From the NCBI GenBank assembly GCA_038922795.1, contig JBCKWI010000003.1, forward strand, positions 5,118 to 69,117: a DNA stretch of 64,000 bases. Direction: 5' to 3'. This DNA is from Gammaproteobacteria bacterium. Lineage in GTDB: Bacteria > Pseudomonadota > Gammaproteobacteria > Eutrophobiales > Eutrophobiaceae. Shown here piece by piece: positions 45,259 to 52,697 of the stretch. The first letter of the stretch is position 1. Each line of letters begins with the position of its first letter. A program made the translations under genes and the position numbers. Under the pieces are notes generated by a model. It searched no databases and was not told the DNA's origin. It saw only the letters and a program-made list of their open reading frames with translations.

Positions 45259-46508
45259 CAGAGACCATTGCCACGCTCCCGCTGTTTGCGGGTTATGGTA
45301 TTGAACTCGAATATATTATTGTTGATCGCGATCATCACAATGTTCTGCCTGTTACCGATCAGTTACTCAAAGCCGCCACAGGTGACTATGTCAGTGATTA
45401 TGAGGAAGGATCCATTGCCTGGTCGAATGAACTGGTACTGCATGTCATTGAATTAAAGACCAACGGGCCGGTCAGCATGCTTACCGGTTTACCGGATCAT
45501 TTTTTATCCAATATCCACCGTATCAACAAAATCCTTGAAAACATGAACGGCAGGCTGATGCCAGCAGCTATGCATCCCTGGATGGATCCTTTTAAAGAAA
45601 CCCGATTGTGGCCGCATGAGTCTTCCGAGATCTATGAAAGCTACAATCGTATCTTCAATTGCCAGGGACATGGCTGGTCGAACCTGCAAAGCATGCATAT
45701 CAATCTGCCGTTTGCAGATGATCATGAGTTTGCGCTTTTACATGCTGCCATCCGTATATTGTTACCGATTATGCCGGCACTCGCCGCGAGTTCACCGATC
45801 ATGGATGGTCAATATACCGGCCTGCTGGATACGCGGCTGGAAGTCTACCGGCGCAATGCCGAAAAAATCCCCAGCATCACCGGCCTGGTGATTCCGGAAC
45901 CGGTGCATCATTATCTCGATTATCAAAACATGATCCTGCAGCCCATGTATGCTGCCATTGCCCCGCATGATCCGGAGGGCATTTTGCAATATGAATGGTT
46001 GAATTCCAGGGGAGCCATTGCCCGCTTCGACCGTAACGCCATTGAGATACGCGTGCTGGATACACAGGAGACGCCGCAGGCCGATATCGCCATTGCCGCC
46101 ATGATCATATCCATCCTCAAGAAGCTGGCGGCTGCGATATGGTCTGATGTTACAGAACAAAACCAGCTCGACACAGAAACTCTGGCAGAGCTCTTGATGT
46201 TGACCATCAAAGAAGGTGAACTGGCTACAATTAAAAATAAGTCCTATCTTGAATTATTCGGTTTTCCGGATCGCAAAGGCCTGGTACAGGAACTCTGGCA
46301 ACACTTGCTTGAATCAATATCAGCAGATGATACGGATTTAATCCCGGAACTCAGAAAAACAATAGAATACATCATTCATTGCGGGCCACTGGCACGCCGC
46401 ATCAAGCTGTCGATCGGCAAGGAGTGCAAACGTTCTCACATGCAAGAGTCTTATCGCCAGCTCTGCGATTGTTTAAATAACGGACAGCTCTTTGAAGGCA
46501 TCGACTAG
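45255..46508 (+). CDS. GCS2/YbdK-type carboxylate-amine ligase (glutamate-cysteine-ligase family 2)
   Basis: The N-terminal GYGIELEYIIVD pattern is characteristic of GCS2 (GxExEhxxVD). About 417 aa. Start overlaps the upstream stop (ATGA). Confidence 0.7.
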   Translation: MTETIATLPLFAGYGIELEYIIVDRDHHNVLPVTDQLLKAATGDYVSDYEEGSIAWSNELVLHVIELKTNGPVSMLTGLPDHFLSNIHRINKILENMNGRLMPAAMHPWMDPFKETRLWPHESSEIYESYNRIFNCQGHGWSNLQSMHINLPFADDHEFALLHAAIRILLPIMPALAASSPIMDGQYTGLLDTRLEVYRRNAEKIPSITGLVIPEPVHHYLDYQNMILQPMYAAIAPHDPEGILQYEWLNSRGAIARFDRNAIEIRVLDTQETPQADIAIAAMIISILKKLAAAIWSDVTEQNQLDTETLAELLMLTIKEGELATIKNKSYLELFGFPDRKGLVQELWQHLLESISADDTDLIPELRKTIEYIIHCGPLARRIKLSIGKECKRSHMQESYRQLCDCLNNGQLFEGID

Positions 46509-47367
46509 AAAAATAATAATAACCTGTGAACATGGCGGTCATCATGTGCCATTGGAATATCGCCACCTGTTTAACAAACAGCAGTCCGTCCTGGGTTCTC
46601 ACCGCGCCTGGGATGCAGGGGCACTGCTACTTGCCAGAGAGCTTGCCAAAAAATTAAATGCGCCGCTCATAGTTTCTGAAATAACCCGGTTACTGATCGA
46701 TCTCAACCGTTCCCTGCACCATCGTGTTCTCTTTTCAGAATTCACCAGAGATTGTGATAAAGAAACCAGAAATCAAATTCTTCAGGAGTATTATTTTCCA
46801 TACCGGAACCGTGTCGAGAATGAAATTACAAAAGCATCGAAAGGGGGGAAACCAGTAGTCCATTTTTCTATCCATTCGTTCACGCCCAGACTTGGTAGTG
46901 AAATACGTAAAGCCGATATCGGATTGCTGTATGACCCGACCAGGAAAGGCGAACGTGATCTCTGCATCCAGCTACAGGCTATTCTGCAGGGAATTAACCA
47001 TCTCCGTAAGGAACATAGTTCCCTCACCCGTGCTTCGCACGGCCTCTCCCGGAGGGAGAGGCTAATACACCCTCTCCCTCCGGGAGACGACTGCATGGAT
47101 GCAGGAGGTAGAATAACGCTTGGAGCAGTTATCGAGGGTTGGGGTGAGGGTGCCGTGGATGGTAATGCAAACCAGCCTATCGTCCGGCGTAATTATCCCT
47201 ATCGCGGTAATGCAGATGGTTTTACAACTTATTTAAGAAAAAAATATCCGGGATCAAAATACATTGGTATAGAGATCGAAATCAACCAGAAGCAGGTCAA
47301 TCATGCTGATCACTGGAAAAGTTTACGCGAGCATATAATCAATTCTGTTATCAGACTAACAATCTGA
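46492..47367 (+). CDS. N-formylglutamate-amidohydrolase-family (FGase-like) hydrolase carrying an in-frame REP insertion
   Basis: ITCEHGGHHVP, SIHSFTP and ...RRNYPYRGN...YIGIEIEINQ fit the FGase family. A 120-nt REP element (47041-47160) is translated in frame as GLSRRERLIHPLPPGDDCMDAGGRITLGAVIEGWGEGAVDG. Confidence 0.7.
   Translation: MKASTRKIIITCEHGGHHVPLEYRHLFNKQQSVLGSHRAWDAGALLLARELAKKLNAPLIVSEITRLLIDLNRSLHHRVLFSEFTRDCDKETRNQILQEYYFPYRNRVENEITKASKGGKPVVHFSIHSFTPRLGSEIRKADIGLLYDPTRKGERDLCIQLQAILQGINHLRKEHSSLTRASHGLSRRERLIHPLPPGDDCMDAGGRITLGAVIEGWGEGAVDGNANQPIVRRNYPYRGNADGFTTYLRKKYPGSKYIGIEIEINQKQVNHADHWKSLREHIINSVIRLTI
47041..47160. repeat. REP family-A element (ggcctctcccggagggagaggc / ccctctccctccgggag ... 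ggttggggtgaggg) located inside a coding sequence
   Basis: Direct reading. Same family as 275-309, 10405-10560 and 61793-61912. Its length of 120 nt preserves the reading frame. Confidence 0.8.
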
Positions 47368-47473
47368 AAATATTCTTATGGAGCGATTAACCCGGCCAGA
47401 AGCTGCCTGCGTTGCTACCCGATATCTATGCCTCTCAGGTTTTGGAGAGCTGGGTACACATACAACATAAACC

Positions 47474-47815
47474 ATGCCTGCAATTCATGATCTTTGTGCG
47501 CTGAATGATATTCCGGACCAGAAGGCAAAAGGATTTACACTGGAGACTGAAGGTAGCAAGCTTGAATTTTTCATCGTGCGCAAGGGTGATCAGGTCTATG
47601 GTTACATCAACCGCTGCCCGCATACCGGCGTGAACCTCGACTGGCAGCCGGACCAGTTCCTGGATTTGACCGGTTACCAGATACAATGCTCCATGCATGG
47701 CGCAATATTCAGGATCAGGGATGGTTTTTGTGTTTATGGCCCCTGCCAGGGCCGGCATCTGACTCCAGTCAATCTGTTACTGGATAACCACCGGATACAA
47801 CTTGTTATGGAATAA
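47474..47815 (+). CDS. Rieske [2Fe-2S] domain protein (small ferredoxin-like)
   Basis: CPHTGVNL...(17 aa)...CSMHGAIF matches CxH...CxxH. 113 aa. Confidence 0.85.
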   Translation: MPAIHDLCALNDIPDQKAKGFTLETEGSKLEFFIVRKGDQVYGYINRCPHTGVNLDWQPDQFLDLTGYQIQCSMHGAIFRIRDGFCVYGPCQGRHLTPVNLLLDNHRIQLVME

Positions 47816-49052
47816 ACTGCCGATGGCCGTAGGGTTTCCAGGCGGGCGCGATCACATTGGGCATGGAAGAACGGTTAAGTAATTGCGCGGGCGCCAGCGC
47901 AAATTCACCGTAGCGCATATTTACTGCATCCATCACGGCATTGATATGCTGTTGTTTGTTTGCCTTGACCGGATCATCCACAAACATTTCCATCTGCTGC
48001 TGCGCCGGCATCGGATCCAGCGCCGTGACCTGCACACCGTGTACACCTTCCCCTTGCCAGTAATCAGCGATCAGCCGTTCACACAGATCGATGATGACAT
48101 GGCTGTCGCTGGTGGGGATGGCACAACTGAAATGATCGCCCAGCCAACCGTCGTTGACACGCAATGTTATGGAAAAATGCTTGGCCTGCAGGTGATGCCG
48201 CCGGAGCCGCGCCGCGAGTTTCTCGCTCATGTGCATGAGATAAGTGAGAATGACTTCTGTATCACGGGTATTCGGTGGCATGACCTTGCCGTGGCCCATC
48301 GACTTCGGCGCAGCAATACGGGTCTGCACCGGCTCCGGATCCAGTCCCTGGCACATGTGCCAGATGCGCCGTCCCGGATTACCAAAACGCTGCGCCAGAA
48401 TACTGATCGGCAGTTTTGCCATATCACCGCAGGTGTGCACACCGTATTCCGCAAGAAATACACCAATCCCACGGCCGATGCCGCATAACTGTGTTACCGG
48501 GACTTCGCGCAATGCCTCCCGCGCCTCCCACGGCGGGATCACATTAAAACCATCGGGTTTGACCTGCTTCGCCGCGAACTTGGCCGTGGTCTTGTCACCA
48601 CTCAGGCCAGCGGTGCAGGTGACTCCCGCAGCGGCGTATACACGCTCCTTCGCGAGCCGTGCGATATATTCCGGCCCTTTTTTCCAGAACCGCTGGCAAT
48701 GCGTAACATCAATGAATGCTTCATCAACGGAAAATACCTCCACATCCGGACTGATGTCCTGCAATGCAGTCATGATCGCGGTGGAAACTTCGGCATAACG
48801 CTGCGGCCGGGCCGGACGCTGAATAATATCCGGGCACAATTTCCTGGCTTCCTTAAGCCGCATGCCGGTGTGTATGCCGTAGGCACGTGCTTCGTAGGAA
48901 GATGTGATCAGACAGGTGCCCTGCATGCCATTGGTGACGCCGACAGGTCTTCCGCGCAATTCAGGATGATCCATCTGTTCGATCGATGCAAAAAAAGCAT
49001 CCATGTCAATAAAGACAATCGCCCGGGGCCAGTGTTGAGTTTGCTGTATCAT
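47805..49052 (-). CDS. dinB: Y-family (DinB/UmuC-like) translesion DNA polymerase
   Basis: Catalytic motifs FIDMDAFFASIE and SVDEAFIDVT are present. ATG 49052 (MIQQTQHW) is the likely start, because the track start at 49088 is TTG. About 415 aa. No umuD neighbour. Confidence 0.8.
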   Translation of the reverse strand: MIQQTQHWPRAIVFIDMDAFFASIEQMDHPELRGRPVGVTNGMQGTCLITSSYEARAYGIHTGMRLKEARKLCPDIIQRPARPQRYAEVSTAIMTALQDISPDVEVFSVDEAFIDVTHCQRFWKKGPEYIARLAKERVYAAAGVTCTAGLSGDKTTAKFAAKQVKPDGFNVIPPWEAREALREVPVTQLCGIGRGIGVFLAEYGVHTCGDMAKLPISILAQRFGNPGRRIWHMCQGLDPEPVQTRIAAPKSMGHGKVMPPNTRDTEVILTYLMHMSEKLAARLRRHHLQAKHFSITLRVNDGWLGDHFSCAIPTSDSHVIIDLCERLIADYWQGEGVHGVQVTALDPMPAQQQMEMFVDDPVKANKQQHINAVMDAVNMRYGEFALAPAQLLNRSSMPNVIAPAWKPYGHRQFIP

Positions 49053-49457
49053 GATCAAAATATTAAGCCTGGAACGGGCCTGCACCAAATAAAATAAAAA
49101 CCCCTGTTAACAATGGGTTAAAGCCATGCATTGGCCAACAGACTGATCTGTCTGAAAAAATTTATTCGACTTTTGCGAACCGGCCTGTATTTATTATTTC
49201 AACCAAAAACTGAGCAGAAAATTCTGTCAGGTTCACTCGGTAAAATATAACAATACTAAAAATCGACCTGCACAGGGGCTACTCATTAATTTAACCGTAA
49301 TGAAACCTTACAATCGAATATCCATTCAAATCCTTCATGAATTTATTCAATAATAATCTGAATATAAAATCCGGTATTTTCAGCCGGTCCCGGAGAATTC
49401 CCAATTCTGTTGCACGTTTATACATCGGAATATTTTCAATTATTTTATAATTGTTGT

Positions 49458-49817
49458 TTATAAATATTGCATCTGGTTTATCCGGCCGCGGAGCAAACCG
49501 GCCACCAGCAGTGACAAGCTTTGAATGAATTCTCTAGCCAGACGATAGGGGCGAGTATCAAAACCGGCACCAATTGTAATCACATTAATGTTTTTATTTT
49601 TTCTTATTTCCCCGTTTAAAAAGTCATCGATGATGCGGCGGCGGGTTATGTTGCTGATATTCGGCATGGTTTCAGATGTGAATGGCTCAAATATTTTCAT
49701 CCCTCTCTCATCCATAAATCTCTTTGCATAATGGTCATTACACACTGACCTGTTTCTCTCTGCATCTTCCATACGCACACCGCAACAATAGAAGGCAGTA
49801 TTGGATATTGTGTTCAT
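49458..49817 (-). pseudogene. remnant of an LCM/TcmP-family SAM-dependent O-methyltransferase
   Basis: The N-terminal region (TAFYCCGVRMEDAERNRSVCNDHYAKRFM...) and the SAM-binding motif NVITIGAGFDTRPYRL are followed by a stop only 26 codons later, so the rest of the Rossmann fold is missing. The downstream about 370 bp is AT-rich and non-coding. Confidence 0.4.
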
Positions 49818-49854
49818 TCGTGTAAACTGTTTTCTACAAATGAGATAACTGGTT

Positions 49855-50166
49855 TTATTTTCCTTTTTCTTCCACCGGCAATGACGGCACCACATTCTCA
49901 TCGCTGCGGAATTGCAGGGCTTCATATTTGATACCTGCCCCGGGTGGCCGGTCGGAGATCTGCCATTGTCCGTTGGCATCCCGCCATTTATACATCTGTG
50001 TTACCGCGGGTGCTGGCTCCAGTGGCGTCCCTTTAACCCATTTGCTCCATATTTCAGGATTCATATAAAGATATGCGCCTGCCACAACCAGAATCACGAG
50101 CACAAACAGGATAGTCTTGAGTGCCTTCCATACCGGATGTTGTGCCCTGCCGGTAACATATGCCAT
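49855..50166 (-). CDS. DUF4124-family small exported protein
   Basis: Signal-anchor (ILFVLVILVVAGAYLY) followed by MYKWRDANGQWQISDRPP, the characteristic DUF4124 motif. The start is taken at the internal Met (MAYVTGRA). Confidence 0.55.
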   Translation of the reverse strand: MAYVTGRAQHPVWKALKTILFVLVILVVAGAYLYMNPEIWSKWVKGTPLEPAPAVTQMYKWRDANGQWQISDRPPGAGIKYEALQFRSDENVVPSLPVEEKGK

Positions 50167-50403
50167 CAGATCACCTCGCTTTGTACGTATTAATTTAAAA
50201 TTATTAAACCCGCCTTGACCCGTCAATTTTGGGGGAAAACAGTAATATTCAGGGTAATTTTCCGCCACTTCATTAGATATTTACGTCAATTATCTTGTAA
50301 TTCTTCTAAATAACGTAAAAGATAAGTATATCAGTGGATTACCTTAATTCAGTAAAACTATAAAAAATGGCTGTACCCTTAAATTATCTACCTGTGCTGA
50401 TAC

Positions 50404-52092
50404 ATGGCAATTAACAAAAAACACAGGCACCTGAATGCACTCAAGCCTGGTCATAAAATACACTGGTACGAGATCAGTGATATTCTGGGGCTGGGTGGTT
50501 TCGGCATCACCTACCTTGCACACGACCTCAACCTGGATCATCAGGTGGCCATCAAGGAATATCTCCCGGTGGATCTTTCCACGCGCGACAATGCGGGCAA
50601 TGTACAACCTGTCTCGTCCGAACATGCTGATAGATATCTTTGGGGTCTCAGCCGCTTTCTTGACGAAGCACGCACCATCGGGCAATTTAAACACCTGAAT
50701 ATTGTCCGGGTCCGGAATGTATTTGAGGCAAACAATACTGCCTACATGGTGATGGATTATGAGTTGGGGGAAAGCCTGCAGGAGATTCTGAGCCGCCGCA
50801 AGACACTGAGCGAGGAAGATATTAAAAGTGTCATCCTGCCTATTATTGATGGTATGCGGCATGTCCACGCTGCCGGATTTATTCACCGGGATGTCAAGCC
50901 CGCAAATATCTTTATCCGTGTTGATGGTGATCCCGTGCTTCTTGATTTTGGTTCGGCCCGCAAATCCCTGGAAGATTCAAACAAATCACTGACCAGTATT
51001 TTTTCACGCGGCTATGCGCCGATTGAACAGTACAACACTTCGGAGGACACCCAGGGTCCATGGACCGATATTTATTCGCTGGGGGCCACACTGTACCGGG
51101 CCATAGCCGGAGTACCACCCACAGATGCTGTTGATCGAAGTGCTGCTATCAGTCATACCTCGAGAGATACCTATGTTCCTGCTGTCGTGATTGGCAAGGA
51201 CAAATATTCTCTGCCCCTGCTTGAGGCCATCGATCATGCACTGCAATTCAGACAACAGGAGAGACCATCATCCATATCAGACTGGAAACTGGAATTCAGT
51301 GACCCAAGGAAAGAAACTGCTCTGCCACCTGAACAATTTGATCTTGATACCACAGCAGAGAAGAAAACAGGTTTTCAATTGGCCAGGGAAGCAGCCGAAA
51401 AAGGGGATGTCATTGCCATATCCAATCTGGCTTTCATGTACGCAAAAGGCAGTGGGGTAGAAAAAGACGAAAAGCTGGCCATGCAGTGGTATAAAAATGC
51501 GGCGGAAAAAGGCCATCTCAATTCCCAGTATAACCTTGGTGTTATTTATGCCAAGGGCCGCGGGGTAACACAGGATTACACCGAATCATTCAGGTGGTAC
51601 AAAATGGCGGCAGAACAAGGTGATGTCTTTGCCCAATCAACAGTAGCGATGATGTTTGCCAAAGGGATCGGCACCGCTAAAAATGAAAAGGAGGCCGTGA
51701 ACTGGTATCACCGCGCTGCTATGCAGGATCATACCAATGCACAGTATATCCTCGCCAATATGTTTCTGAAGGGGCGTGGTGTCCCCCAGGATGAATTGGA
51801 AGCCTTTGAATGGTTTCAGAAGGCCGCTGAAAAAGATCACATTAATGCGCAGGTTACTCTGGGATATATGTATGGAAAAGGAAAAGGAACGAAGCGTAAT
51901 GATGTTGAAGCATTTAACTGGTATCTGAAAGCGGCGGAACAAGGGCATCCCAATGCACAATATAATCTTGGGGTCATTTATGCCAAGGGCAGAGGCATAA
52001 AACGTGATTTGGATGCGGCAAAAAAATGGTATCGTAAGGCGGCTGATCAGGGTGATGAAAATGCCCTCAAGTCGCTGGAGCGGCTTAATTAA
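50404..52092 (+). CDS. eukaryotic-type Ser/Thr protein kinase fused to C-terminal Sel1 (SLR) repeats
   Basis: Kinase motifs are Gly loop LGLGGFGITY, VAIK, HRDVKPANIF, DFGSA and APE-like YAPIEQ. At least 6 Sel1 repeats follow (A/GxxxLGxxYxxGxGVxxDxxxAxxWYxKAAEQG). Confidence 0.85.
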   Translation: MAINKKHRHLNALKPGHKIHWYEISDILGLGGFGITYLAHDLNLDHQVAIKEYLPVDLSTRDNAGNVQPVSSEHADRYLWGLSRFLDEARTIGQFKHLNIVRVRNVFEANNTAYMVMDYELGESLQEILSRRKTLSEEDIKSVILPIIDGMRHVHAAGFIHRDVKPANIFIRVDGDPVLLDFGSARKSLEDSNKSLTSIFSRGYAPIEQYNTSEDTQGPWTDIYSLGATLYRAIAGVPPTDAVDRSAAISHTSRDTYVPAVVIGKDKYSLPLLEAIDHALQFRQQERPSSISDWKLEFSDPRKETALPPEQFDLDTTAEKKTGFQLAREAAEKGDVIAISNLAFMYAKGSGVEKDEKLAMQWYKNAAEKGHLNSQYNLGVIYAKGRGVTQDYTESFRWYKMAAEQGDVFAQSTVAMMFAKGIGTAKNEKEAVNWYHRAAMQDHTNAQYILANMFLKGRGVPQDELEAFEWFQKAAEKDHINAQVTLGYMYGKGKGTKRNDVEAFNWYLKAAEQGHPNAQYNLGVIYAKGRGIKRDLDAAKKWYRKAADQGDENALKSLERLN

Positions 52093-52489
52093 GCACCCGG
52101 CATGATGCGTGACCCGCTACTGTGGTCTTCAAGTTTGTATATTTAATGTATACAACCACACAATAATCATTAATGTTTTTTAAAATTTTTAAACTGGTCT
52201 ATATTAACCAAAAAAGTGGTTGTAACTGCTTATAAACAACCAAGACCTGGTCTAGTTTTATTTCAAATCTAAAAAGCACGTCTTAATCAATTAACCGATG
52301 GCAATAATAATCCATCTTTTACACATGACTTGAGTCAAAAAATCACTCTGCATACTGAATTATTTAAAATTAGTTTGATCTAGATCAAATAATTCCCGAT
52401 CTCTGATTTGTCTACCTGTCACATGGCATAATAGTTGCGGCCAAATGCTTTGAATCTATGAGTTAAACATCTAAGGAAGCTCTGAATAA

Positions 52490-52660
52490 GGTGTCATTTC
52501 GGGCAAAGCGAGAAATCTGTAGTTAAAAATGTCAAACAAAATCAAATAACCGCGAGATTTCTCGACCACTGTTCCAGACGTGGTTCTACCGCCTGCTTCC
52601 ATGCAGGCGTCCCTACGGTCGAAATGACAATAACAACTTAATCAGAGGTTCTCTGAATAA
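52490..52660. repeat. Composite palindromic repeat cluster (family C gtcatttcg-gcaaagcgagaaatctg / cgcgagatttctcgacc plus a family B unit plus the terminal module gaaatgacaa...cttaatcagag)
   Basis: Direct reading. Related copies at 54917-55020 and 60583-60648. Confidence 0.8.
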
Positions 52661-52697
52661 AACCGGAAATATCACTTAAATCAGCAGGGGGAAAGTA

